DNA of 64,000 nucleotides. Source: Dehalococcoidia bacterium. Its GTDB lineage: Bacteria > Chloroflexota > Dehalococcoidia > UBA2979. The stretch covers positions 57,612 to 121,611 of the forward strand of contig CBDAOL010000007.1 in assembly GCA_965198045.1 (NCBI GenBank), written 5' to 3'. The first letter of the stretch is position 1. Every line of letters begins with the position of its first letter. A model generated the notes under the pieces. The model was not told the DNA's origin and did not search any database. It saw only the letters and a list, made by a program, of their open reading frames with translations. A program made the position numbers and the translations under genes. Below, piece by piece: positions 36,979-45,969 of the stretch.

Positions 36979-37521
36979 GTGGCCTTGGATCGCTGCGACG
37001 CGAGCCGTAGCGCCCGAGGGTGGCACTCGAGGGTGGAGATGTTCGGGAACGCCGAAGACGCACCAGAATCGGCACCGCAGAAGGTGGAACGTCGCCGGGA
37101 CGAGTTTGGCCGTCCGCTGCCTGCCGGCTCCGTCTCCCGGCTCAGGCTGGAGGACTTCGACGCGCTCTCGATTGAAGAGAATCATCAGCTTGGGAAGCGG
37201 TACTTCAACGAGCGCCAGTTCTTCGGGGCGCACGAAGCATGGGAGACCGCCTGGCGCGAAGCCCGCGGGAGCAAAGACGAGGAGTTCTTCAAGGGGCTGT
37301 CACAGCTCGGTGCTGGCTACACGCATTACCAGCGTGGTAATGCCCACGGGGCACAGGCGTTGGTGCGTCGAGGACTCGAGCGGATCGCGCAGTACGGCTC
37401 GGCTCACCGAGGCATCGATATCCACACGCTCGCGCGCGATGCGGCCGAACAGGCAGACCGCTTCGAGGCCGCGGAGCGGCGTGAGGAAGCGCCGCCTCAA
37501 ATCAACCCGCCGAAGCTCTGA
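36979..37521 (+). CDS. DUF309 domain protein
   Basis: GKRYFNERQFFGAHEAWETAW...FFKGLSQLGAGYTHYQRGNAHGAQALVRRGLERI is the DUF309 signature. The start may be ATG 37039. Confidence 0.75.
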   Translation: MALDRCDASRSARGWHSRVEMFGNAEDAPESAPQKVERRRDEFGRPLPAGSVSRLRLEDFDALSIEENHQLGKRYFNERQFFGAHEAWETAWREARGSKDEEFFKGLSQLGAGYTHYQRGNAHGAQALVRRGLERIAQYGSAHRGIDIHTLARDAAEQADRFEAAERREEAPPQINPPKL

Positions 37522-37687
37522 GACGTGACGCGGGGCGCCAGCTCGCGGCCGTATCATCGGCCGTCAGCCAGCGGCTCGGTACGCGCGAGGGTGGGAGAGA
37601 AGCGGCGCCACTCCTCATCTGATGCAGGCCCTTGCTCCGAACCCGCACCCCCGCATAGGGCGCTGGCTACGTGTGAGGGGCGAGGAG

Positions 37688-37728
37688 CTCATAAGCCGTC
37701 GGTCGCCGGTTCAAATCCGGCCCCTGCT
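37688..37728 (+). tRNA. tRNA-Met(CAU)-like 3' half (anticodon loop to acceptor), 5' half absent, discriminator and CCA separated by the IS
   Basis: CTCATAA-GCCGT-CGGTC-GCCGG-TTCAAAT-CCGGC-CCCTGCT ends at the IS. The sequence after the IS (39300-) reads TGCT-ACCA, restoring ...CCCTGCT-A-CCA once the 4-bp duplication is removed. The 5 nt before the loop (AGGAG) cannot pair with GCCGT. Confidence 0.55.
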
Positions 37729-39299
37729 GAGGCTGTCGCATGGAGTGGCGTGGGCGGAGCGCCACGAGGGCCAAGAGGTCAGCCGGTCGGTTGTCGGGGC
37801 GGAGTAGCCGCCTCTCACAGGGCAGCGGCGCTACGCGGCCGCCACGGCGGCAGACCAGCCTCTTTGCCGGGGGTTGCCGTTCGCTGGCCAGGAGGACGGC
37901 CGCGCCCGGCGATAGAGCTTCTTGAGGTTGTGGGTGGCGGCGATCAGCTTCCATTCGCTGGCGCACGAGGCGATCCCGCGCCGCATGAACCGGCGGATGC
38001 CGCGGTTCTCCTTGACGTCGCCGAAGACGGGTTCGATCATCCAGCGCCGCTGCTCGTAGAGACGCCGGCCACGCTGCGTCGCCAGCTTGCGATCCATCCG
38101 TTCACGGACGGAGAGCCCGGCAGGGATGCGCCCGCGCGGCGGCGCCGCGCCGACGCGCCGGTTGCGGTCGCTGCGGGTCGCGAGCAGCAGCTCCGGACCT
38201 GCGCTCCCCGCCTGCCGCACGTTCGCCTCGGAGTAGTAGCCGGCATCAGCCAGCAGCACGCGCGCCGGCCCGCAGTGTGCGGCCTGCAGGTTGCGGTGCA
38301 TCACCTCGATCATCGGTTGCAGCTCGTGCATGTCGGTCGCCTGTCGGCTCACCTCGGCCGCGACGATGATCTGGTCGCGGGTCGTCACCGCCTGCACGTT
38401 GTAGCCTTGGAAGTAGCCGTGATAGTCGCGCACCACGCGGCTGTCCGGGTCGGTGACGTTCACCTTCGCACCCTGCTCGGGCTGCGGCGGCTTCGGGCGG
38501 CGCCCGCGCTGGTCCTTCTCCGCGCGGCTCCTGAGGCGTTGCTCGTAGTCCTCCTGCCGCTCCCGCTCTCGGGCCGCCAGTCGCTCCCGCGCCTCGTGCA
38601 ACCGCTGCAGGCGCTCCTCGCGGTCCCTGAATCCCGGAGCCAACTCGTCGCCCCGCGCGTCGCCGAAGCGCGCGTTCTCCTCGGCGTCCACCCGCTCCGC
38701 TTCGTCGAGGATGCGCCGCACCTCGGCCTCCAGGTCCGCATCCGTGCGGTTGCGCTCACGGCTGGCGTTGGCGTGCAGCTTGGTCCCGTCGAGCGCGACC
38801 ACCCCGACCCGCACCAGACCAGCCTCGGCGCACAGCCTGAGCACCTCGGCGAACAGTCCCGAGAGCGCCTCCTCGTGCTGCTGGCGGAAACGGCAGATCG
38901 TCGCGTGGTCGGGGTGCTGGTTCGCGGTCAGCACCCGGAGGGCGATGTCCTCCCGGCAGCGCCGTTCGATCTGGCGGCTCGAGCGCTCGCCCTCGCAGTA
39001 GGCGTAGAGCACGAGCGCGACCATCATCGACGGCTCGTACGCCTTCCGCCCCCAACCGTCCTCGCGGTAGCGCTCGTAGAACGCGGTGAGGTCCAACTGG
39101 CTGACCGCATCGAGCACGAACCACGCGAGGTGGTCCCCGGGCAGCCAGTCGCGGAGGCTGGCGGGCATCAGGTATTGCTGGTCACGGTCGCACGGCAAGA
39201 AACGCTGGGTCACGGCGGCACCTCGGAATCACTCCGCCCCCGCCGCCATGCTCATCGTATAGCGATGTCCCCCTCTTCGTGGGTTTGTGCGACAGCCTC
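37729..39299 (-). mobile_element. IS1182/IS5-superfamily insertion sequence, copy 2 (1571 bp)
   Basis: Same ends as copy 1. A 4-bp direct repeat TGCT is at 37725-37728 and 39300-39303. Confidence 0.9.
37831..39213 (-). CDS. IS1182/IS5-type DDE transposase
   Basis: 460-aa ORF differing from copy 1 at two residues visible in the ORF track. Confidence 0.9.
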   Translation of the reverse strand: MTQRFLPCDRDQQYLMPASLRDWLPGDHLAWFVLDAVSQLDLTAFYERYREDGWGRKAYEPSMMVALVLYAYCEGERSSRQIERRCREDIALRVLTANQHPDHATICRFRQQHEEALSGLFAEVLRLCAEAGLVRVGVVALDGTKLHANASRERNRTDADLEAEVRRILDEAERVDAEENARFGDARGDELAPGFRDREERLQRLHEARERLAARERERQEDYEQRLRSRAEKDQRGRRPKPPQPEQGAKVNVTDPDSRVVRDYHGYFQGYNVQAVTTRDQIIVAAEVSRQATDMHELQPMIEVMHRNLQAAHCGPARVLLADAGYYSEANVRQAGSAGPELLLATRSDRNRRVGAAPPRGRIPAGLSVRERMDRKLATQRGRRLYEQRRWMIEPVFGDVKENRGIRRFMRRGIASCASEWKLIAATHNLKKLYRRARPSSWPANGNPRQRGWSAAVAAA

Positions 39300-39558
39300 T
39301 GCTACCACCCCTTCGCATGGGCGGCACCTCGAACCGCGGAAACCTTGGTCCCTGCCGGCGCAGCGCTCCTGCTTGACGCCCGCTAAGCTGCACAGCGCCG
39401 AGCCAGCAGGAGCGAGCACCATGGCTGCAGTTCAGCAGGTTCGTGGGGCGAGTGGCAGCGGACCCCAGTGTCCACTGCCGTTTCTGACAGTGCGATGTCG
39501 TCGGGCGCTATGGCCGACGGCTTATGAGTTGTTGAACATCCACCTACCCGAGGGCACT

Positions 39559-39666
39559 GCGGGACGAGCAGAGACGCGATCGGGAATCGACTGATTCCGC
39601 GGTCTCACGCGCTTGAGCCGCTGCTTCCCGAGCAGAGGGTCGAGGGTTCGAATCCCTTCTCCCGCT
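39559..39666 (+). tRNA. tRNA-Gly(CCC)-like sequence with a non-canonical 5' half (pseudo-tRNA, att remnant or insertion-bearing tRNA)
   Basis: The 3' part is canonical: GAGC-C-GCTGC-TTCCCGA-GCAGA-GGGTC-GAGGG-TTCGAAT-CCCTT-CTCCCGC-T. A matching 5' acceptor GCGGGAC lies 108 nt upstream of the 3' end. The D-arm region is occupied by a ~35-nt hairpin (GAGAC..GGAATC-GACT-GATTCC..GTCTC). Confidence 0.45.
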
Positions 39667-39874
39667 CGAACCACACTGTCGAATGGCGCAGCCCCTGGAC
39701 GCATGGCTCAGTGCGTCGGCATCGCCGAGCCGCTGCGCGCCAGCGTAGAGGCGGCGATGTAGCGACGAGCTCAGCGCCGCCGCGGGCGCTCCCAACAGAC
39801 ACGACGAGCGGCCTACCATCCGTGCGGCGCCGCCACGCCCACTGCCTGCGATCGGCGCAGTCGAGGAGATCTGC

Positions 39875-40846
39875 ATGCTCAGGTACTCGTTCCGGCTTCC
39901 ACCCGGCCCGGACACCGCTCGCTACGCGAAGCTCGCCGAGGAGATCGGCTACGAGGGCGTGTGGACGCCAGAGGTGCCGGCCTTCGGGCACGACATCTGG
40001 ATCACGATGGCGCGCGTGGCGGAGGCCACGAGTCGCATCCACTTCGGCCCTGCGGTGCTGATCCCCAGCTACCGACACCCCCTGGCGCAGGCCTCCGCGA
40101 TCGCGACTGTCGAGGCGCTCGCGCCGGGCAGGCTGCGGGTCGGCTTCGGCACCGGCTTCACCGGGCGCTCGGGCCTCGGCCAGCCGCCGTTGACCCTGCG
40201 CGAGATGCGGCGCCACATCGAGCAGGTGCGCGGGCTGCTGCAGGGCGACGCGGTCGAGGTCGACGGCGGGATGGCACAGCTGCTCGCGACCGATGGCTGG
40301 CTCGCGCCCCGACCGCTGTCTGTGCCGCTGTTGCTGGCGGCGCAGGGACCGCGCGGGCGCCAGCTGGCGCACGAGGTCGCGGACGGGCTGATCACGCTGG
40401 GCGGCGCCGCGCTCGGATTCGACACATGCCTCGTCTCCGTGAACGGCACGGTGATGGACGACGACGAGGACGCAGAGACGCCGCGCGTGCAGGCCGCGAC
40501 CGCGCCGCTGGTGGCGAGCGCGTACCATGGCCGCTGGGCGCGCGACCCGGCGAGCCTCCACGAGCTCCCGAATGGGGCGCAGTGGCTGGGGAGCGTGGAG
40601 CGTGTTCCAGAGCAGCTCCGTCACCTCTCTGTGCACCGTGGCCACAACCTGGAGATCGCCAACGGCCACGACGAGCTCGTGGGCACAGGCCTAGCCACGC
40701 GGATGACCTTCTCGGGCACGCGCGACGCACTGCGGGCCAGGCTCGACGCATTCGAGGCCGAGGGTGCGAGCGGCGTGATCTTCGGCACCAGCGGCGCCGA
40801 CGTGGAGCGCGAGCTGCGTGCGTTCGCCGAGGTGGCCGGCCTGTAG
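39875..40846 (+). CDS. LLM-class F420-dependent oxidoreductase
   Basis: YEGVWTPEVPAFGHD, GRLRVGFGTGF... Length and layout are typical of methylene-H4MPT-reductase-like LLMs. Confidence 0.85.
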   Translation: MLRYSFRLPPGPDTARYAKLAEEIGYEGVWTPEVPAFGHDIWITMARVAEATSRIHFGPAVLIPSYRHPLAQASAIATVEALAPGRLRVGFGTGFTGRSGLGQPPLTLREMRRHIEQVRGLLQGDAVEVDGGMAQLLATDGWLAPRPLSVPLLLAAQGPRGRQLAHEVADGLITLGGAALGFDTCLVSVNGTVMDDDEDAETPRVQAATAPLVASAYHGRWARDPASLHELPNGAQWLGSVERVPEQLRHLSVHRGHNLEIANGHDELVGTGLATRMTFSGTRDALRARLDAFEAEGASGVIFGTSGADVERELRAFAEVAGL

Positions 40847-40989
40847 CTGCACCACGCGTCTCTCTCGCCGGTGCGACGCTGCTCCGGGGACGGAGCGCCG
40901 CTGCTCCTCGCGTACGATGCGGTCGCGCGGCTGCTCGCTTGCACGGCAGTGCGCGTGCGCAGGGTCAGGGGTCTGAAGGGCTTGCCGCG

Positions 40990-42015
40990 ATGCAGGAACT
41001 CGAACTGGGCACGATGGCGGTTGGTACTCCGGGGTCAGGCGAGCGGTTGGGAGCCGACGCCGAGGCGGACGGCTACGACGTGGCGCTTCTCAGCGACAGT
41101 CAGAACCTGCGCGGCGATCCCTACGGCCAGCTCGCGCTGATGGCGAGGGCGACTGAGCGCGTGCGCATCGGTACCGGCGTGACGAATCCCGTGACGCGCC
41201 ATCCCGCCGTGACCGCCGCGGCCATCGCGGCCCTGCACGTCGAGAGTGGCGGACGCGCGATCCTTGGGATCGGGCGCGGCGACTCCGCACTCGCCCACAT
41301 CGGTCGCGGGCCGGCACCGATGCGCACGTACGAGCGCTATATCCGCGCTGTGCGTACGTACCTCGATGGTGACGCGGTCGATCAGCACGGTTTTCCGAGC
41401 CGGCTCGTGTGGCTCGATCGCCACGACCTCCCGCGCGTGCCGATCGACATGTCGTGCTCGGGCCCGCGGTCGATCGCGCTGGCGGCGCAGCTCGCGGATC
41501 GCGTGACGTTCGCAGTGGGCGCGGCCCCGGAGCGCCTGAGCTGGGCGGTGCAGACGGCTCGTACCGCAGCCCAGGAGGCGGGGCGCGACCCGGATGCGAT
41601 CCGCTTCGGCGCCTGGGTGAACGTGGCGATCGATGACGATCGCGAGCGCGCGATCGAGTCGCTGCGAGGCGGGGTCGGCACGTTCGCCCACTTCAGCGGC
41701 ATGAGCGACTCGCCGACCGATGAGCAGCCCGAGATCCTGCAGCGCGTCAGCCGTACGCTGCAGAGCGAGTATGACACGCGGCGGCACGGCGAGGCGAGCG
41801 CACCGCACGCCTCGCACCTCGATGACGAGTTCATCGACTGGTTCGCGATCGCCGGATCGCCGGACCACGTGGTCGAGCGGCTCCGCGAATTGGTCCGGCT
41901 TGGCCTCCGCCACCTGTACTTCCCGGGCGCCCTGGCAGGAGGCACGCGCGAGCCGATGGTTGCCACCGTGCTGCCCGCTCTACGCGAGCACGCCGCTGCT
42001 GCGGCTGGCGGTTGA
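40990..42015 (+). CDS. LLM-class flavin/F420-dependent oxidoreductase
   Basis: ATG 40990; GYDVALLSDSQNLRGDPY, GGRAILGIGRGDS. Only the last 341 codons of ORF 39961..42015 are genuine. Confidence 0.85.
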   Translation: MQELELGTMAVGTPGSGERLGADAEADGYDVALLSDSQNLRGDPYGQLALMARATERVRIGTGVTNPVTRHPAVTAAAIAALHVESGGRAILGIGRGDSALAHIGRGPAPMRTYERYIRAVRTYLDGDAVDQHGFPSRLVWLDRHDLPRVPIDMSCSGPRSIALAAQLADRVTFAVGAAPERLSWAVQTARTAAQEAGRDPDAIRFGAWVNVAIDDDRERAIESLRGGVGTFAHFSGMSDSPTDEQPEILQRVSRTLQSEYDTRRHGEASAPHASHLDDEFIDWFAIAGSPDHVVERLRELVRLGLRHLYFPGALAGGTREPMVATVLPALREHAAAAAGG

Positions 42016-42333
42016 CCGATTGGCCCGTGGCGACGGCCCCTCAGCTGTCCACGCGGCGCGCGATCGCTTGGTCCGAGATCTGACAGGGATGATCGGTACG
42101 ACGCCCAGCCACCACTAGGCGGCGAGCGTTTACGGTGCCGGGTGGGCTCCCGGGCTCGGTCTGACCCCAGATTCTGACTGGCGCTTCGGCTGCTCTCGCT
42201 CTGATCTGTCGGCCGCGCCTCCGAGTCCATCTGGCACGCACCGGTCGGGCGAACGTGACCTCATAGGAGCCTGCCTTGGCGGCTCGTCCCTGTCCTGTCC
42301 GCCGTCCCGGCACGTGCGGCCACCCTGCACAGA

Positions 42334-43408
42334 TTGTTCGATGAAGGGATGACGATGACCACCATGACAGATGCGACCACGCGCGTCACCGCCGGGGTCG
42401 ACACGCACCGCGACCAGCACGTGGTCGCCGCGCTCGATGAGCGGGGCGGCGAGCTCGGGGTGCGGTCGTTCGCGACGACCACGGCCGGCTACCGACAGGC
42501 GCTCGCCTGGCTCCGCAGCCTTGGTCCGGTCGAGCGCATCGGCGTCGAAGGGACGGGCACCTACGGCGCTGGCCTGACCCGCTACCTGCTCGCCGAGGCG
42601 GTGGCGGTGGCGGAGGTGAATCGCCCCAACCGCCAGCTGCGACGCCGCCACGGTAAGTCCGACCCCGTCGACGCCATCGCCGCCGCTCGCGCTGCGCAGT
42701 CAGGGGAGGCCTCGGGTGAGGCGCAGACCCGCAGCGGTGCCGTGGAGGCGATCCGCGCGCTGCGCACGGCTCGCCGCTCGGCCGGGCATGCACGCACGAC
42801 GGCCCTCAACCCAGATGCGCGCCCTGCTCGTGAGTGGACCGGACGACCTCCGGGCCGCACTGCGTGGCAGCACTGTGTTCGAGCTGGTGACGACCGCGGC
42901 CCGGCTGCGTCCGACTGACCCCACGACCGCCGTCGGCGCCACCAAGCTAGCCCTGCGTGAGCTGGCTCGGCGGGTGCAGCGCCTCGAGGCAGAGTGTCGC
43001 CGCCTCGACGCCGTGCTCGAGCAGCTGGTCGCCACCACCGCGCCCGCCCTCGTCGCCTGCTTCGGCGTGGGCACCGACACGGCCGGCGCTCTGCTCGTCT
43101 CCGCCGGCGACAACCCGCAACGCCTCCGCAGCGAGGCGGCATTCGCCCATCACTGCGGCGTCGCCCCGATCGACGCCTCGTCGGGGCTGACCATCCGCAA
43201 ACGACTCAACCGCGGTGGCGACCGCACCGCGAATCAAGCGCTCTGGCGAATCGTCATGGTCCGCATGGTCCACGACCCCCGCACCCGCCGCTACGTCGAG
43301 CGGCGCACGCGCGAGGGCCGTTCCAAGCGCGAGATCATCCGCTCGCTCAAGCGCTACGTCGCACGGCAGCTCTATCGCTACCTCCCGCGACCCGAGTCGC
43401 TCGCTTGA
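42334..43408 (+). pseudogene. IS110-family transposase (element 2) with one frameshift
   Basis: ORF 42334..42918 (VTAGVDTHRDQH..., GVEGTGTYG, KSDPVDA ...ARTTALN) continues as QMRALLV...CFGVGTDTAG...SSGLTIRKRLNRGGDRTANQAL in ORF 42716..43408. There is an extra C in the CCC run at 42810-42812. Confidence 0.8.
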
Positions 43409-43442
43409 CAGGCGATAGGAGCATCAGAGCCGACCCATAGCG

Positions 43443-45013
43443 GGGGCTGTCGCATGGAGTGGCGTGGGCGGAGCGCCACGAGGGCCAAGAGGTCAGCCGG
43501 TCGGTTGTCGGGGCGGAGTAGCCGCCTCTCACAGGGCAGCGGCGCTACGCGGCCGCCACGGCGGCAGACCAGCCTCTTTGCCGGGGGTTGCCGTTCGCTG
43601 GCCAGGAGGACGGCCGCGCCCGGCGATAGAGCTTCTTGAGGTTGTGGGTGGCGGCGATCAGCTTCCATTCGCTGGCGCACGAGGCGATCCCGCGCCGCAT
43701 GAACCGGCGGATGCCGCGGTTCTCCTTGACGTCGCCGAAGACGGGTTCGATCATCCAGCGCCGCTGCTCGTAGAGACGCCGGCCACGCTGCGTCGCCAGC
43801 TTGCGATCCATCCGTTCACGGACGGAGAGCCCGGCAGGGATGCGCCCGCGCGGCGGTGCCGCGCCGACGCGCCGGTTGCGGTCGCTGCGGGTCGCGAGCA
43901 GCAGCTCCGGACCTGCGCTCCCCGCCTGCCGCACGTTCGCCTCGGAGTAGTAGCCGGCATCAGCCAGCAGCACGCGCGCCGGCCCGCAGTGTGCGGCCTG
44001 CAGGTTGCGGTGCATCACCTCGATCATCGGTTGCAGCTCGTGCATGTCGGTCGCCTGTCGGCTCACCTCGGCCGCGACGATGATCTGGTCGCGGGTCGTC
44101 ACCGCCTGCACGTTGTAGCCTTGGAAGTAGCCGTGATAGTCGCGCACCACGCGGCTGTCCGGGTCGGTGACGTTCACCTTCGCACCCTGCTCGGGCTGCG
44201 GCGGCTTCGGGCGGCGCCCGCGCCGGTCCTTCTCCGCGCGGCTCCTGAGGCGTTGCTCGTAGTCCTCCTGCCGCTCCCGCTCTCGGGCCGCCAGTCGCTC
44301 CCGCGCCTCGTGCAACCGCTGCAGGCGCTCCTCGCGGTCCCTGAATCCCGGAGGCAACTCGTCGCCCCGCGCGTCGCCGAAGCGCGCGTTCTCCTCGGCG
44401 TCCACCCGCTCCGCTTCGTCGAGGATGCGCCGCACCTCGGCCTCCAGGTCCGCATCCGTGCGGTTGCGCTCACGGCTGGCGTTGGCGTGCAGCTTGGTCC
44501 CATCGAGCGCGACCACCCCGACCCGCACCAGACCAGCCTCGGCGCACAGCCTGAGCACCTCGGCGAACAGTCCCGAGAGCGCCTCCTCGTGCTGCTGGCG
44601 GAAACGGCAGATCGTCGCGTGGTCGGGGTGCTGGTTCGCGGTCAGCACCCGGAGGGCGATGTCCTCCCGGCAGCGCCGTTCGATCTGGCGGCTCGAGCGC
44701 TCGCCCTCGCAGTAGGCGTAGAGCACGAGCGCGACCATCATCGACGGCTCGTACGCCTTCCGCCCCCAACCGTCCTCGCGGTAGCGCTCGTAGAACGCGG
44801 TGAGGTCCAACTGGCTGACCGCATCGAGCACGAACCACGCGAGGTGGTCCCCGGGCAGCCAGTCGCGGAGGCTGGCGGGCATCAGGTATTGCTGGTCACG
44901 GTCGCACGGCAAGAAACGCTGGGTCACGGCGGCACCTCGGAATCACTCCGCCCCCGCCGCCATGCTCATCGTATAGCGATGTCCCCCTCTTCGTGGGTTT
45001 GTGCGACAGCCTC
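43443..45013 (-). mobile_element. IS1182/IS5-superfamily insertion sequence, copy 3 (1571 bp), no target duplication
   Basis: Same length and ends as copies 1 and 2, except position 2 of one terminus (GGGGCTGTCGCA). The flanking 4-mers AGCG (43439-43442) and GGCT (45014-45017) differ. One flank is the IS110 tail and the other is a truncated eamA-type gene. Confidence 0.85.
43545..44927 (-). CDS. IS1182/IS5-type DDE transposase
   Basis: 460-aa ORF, near-identical to copies 1 and 2. Confidence 0.9.
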   Translation of the reverse strand: MTQRFLPCDRDQQYLMPASLRDWLPGDHLAWFVLDAVSQLDLTAFYERYREDGWGRKAYEPSMMVALVLYAYCEGERSSRQIERRCREDIALRVLTANQHPDHATICRFRQQHEEALSGLFAEVLRLCAEAGLVRVGVVALDGTKLHANASRERNRTDADLEAEVRRILDEAERVDAEENARFGDARGDELPPGFRDREERLQRLHEARERLAARERERQEDYEQRLRSRAEKDRRGRRPKPPQPEQGAKVNVTDPDSRVVRDYHGYFQGYNVQAVTTRDQIIVAAEVSRQATDMHELQPMIEVMHRNLQAAHCGPARVLLADAGYYSEANVRQAGSAGPELLLATRSDRNRRVGAAPPRGRIPAGLSVRERMDRKLATQRGRRLYEQRRWMIEPVFGDVKENRGIRRFMRRGIASCASEWKLIAATHNLKKLYRRARPSSWPANGNPRQRGWSAAVAAA

Positions 45014-45351
45014 GGCTATGTGGGCGAAGATCGCCGTGAACAGCGGCATGCCGCTGTTCAGGATCGCCGCGAGGTTGCTGTCGATCTCCTGCTCGCCCCA
45101 CGGGATCAGCACCAGCGGCGCCGCCGAGGCGATCAGCCCGATCACGATGGCCGCCAACCAGTAGCGACGGTCGCGCGGCACCTCGAGGCCTCGCACGGCG
45201 ACCACGACCATCAGCAACGCCGCGCCCAGGCCAAGGCGGAGCCAGCCGACCGCCACCGGGCCCACTTCTTCGAGCATGACCTTGATGAACATGAACGACG
45301 CGCCCCAGATCAGGGACAGCGCGATCAGCATTGCCAGCGGCTTCGTCTGCA
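45014..45351 (-). pseudogene. EamA/DMT-family transporter, 3' part removed by IS copy 3
   Basis: MQTKPLAMLIALSLIWGASFMFIKV... is the first EamA half only. The frame runs into the IS end at 45013, and no remainder is found on the other side of the IS. Confidence 0.7.
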
Positions 45352-45432
45352 TCGCGACCTCTCGCAGAGGTCGCTCACGATCGGCCGTCGTGAAGAGCCG
45401 TGCAACCCGGAACGCGACGTGGATCGCCGCGG

Positions 45433-45969
45433 CTAGACCTCGTCGCGGAGATACGCCGTCGCCAGCGCGTCGGCGTACTCGTTCCAACGCGAGCCGTCGT
45501 GGGCCTTGATCCACTGCAGGTGAGCCTTCGGACGCTCCTGTGCGAGCGCGTAGGCCTCCTGCACCAGTCCGAGGTTCTTCACCTCGCCGTCACGGCGTCG
45601 CCACCCGCGCCGCTCCCAGCCAGCGGCCCACTTCGTGATCGTATCGACCACCAGCCGGCTGTCTGTGTGGATATCGACCGGCTCGTTCGGCCCGACGAGG
45701 CGGAGCGCCTCGATCATGGCCGTGAACTCCATGCGGTTGTTGGTCGTCGACGGGTCCTGCCCGTGCCGCTCCGCGAGGATCTCGCCTTCGAGCACGTAGA
45801 CCACGCCCCAGCCGCCCGGGCCCGGATTGCCGGAGCAGCTGCCGTCCGTGAAGAGACCGCTCGTCGGCCCGCCGTCGTAGCGCGCGAGCACCTGCGCGGT
45901 CGTCAGGTTCTCGGCCCCCGCGCCGGAGGAGCGAGCGCGCCGCGAGGACGACCGTCGCCGGTTACTCAA
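45433..45969 (-). CDS. rnhA: Ribonuclease HI
   Basis: LFTDGSCSGNPGPGGWG, TNNRMEFTAMIEAL, IHTDSRLV, WIKAHDGSRWNEYADALA. Confidence 0.85.
   Translation of the reverse strand: MSNRRRSSSRRARSSGAGAENLTTAQVLARYDGGPTSGLFTDGSCSGNPGPGGWGVVYVLEGEILAERHGQDPSTTNNRMEFTAMIEALRLVGPNEPVDIHTDSRLVVDTITKWAAGWERRGWRRRDGEVKNLGLVQEAYALAQERPKAHLQWIKAHDGSRWNEYADALATAYLRDEV

Noticed and set aside
37621-39673. Possible tmRNA (ssrA) spanning the tRNA-like ends on both sides of IS copy 2.
   Set aside because: Neither tRNA-like 3' end can pair with a GGGG-type 5' end. I found no tag-reading-frame or pseudoknot pattern, and the two pieces read as Met-like and Gly-like tRNA halves instead.
39961-42015. 684-aa ORF (and similarly 32090-34063, 657 aa; 20285-21589, 434 aa).
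   Set aside because: The 5' parts are out-of-frame read-through of the preceding gene. Recognisable domains begin at internal starts (40990, 32849, 20720).
42066-42185. Two 11-12-nt matches to the IS6 terminal repeat (GAGATCTGACA near 42070, CAGATTCTGAC near 42165), plus a weaker one near 6733.
   Set aside because: They are too short, and the adjacent sequence does not match the IS interior. Mentioned only as a hint, not called as IS remnants.
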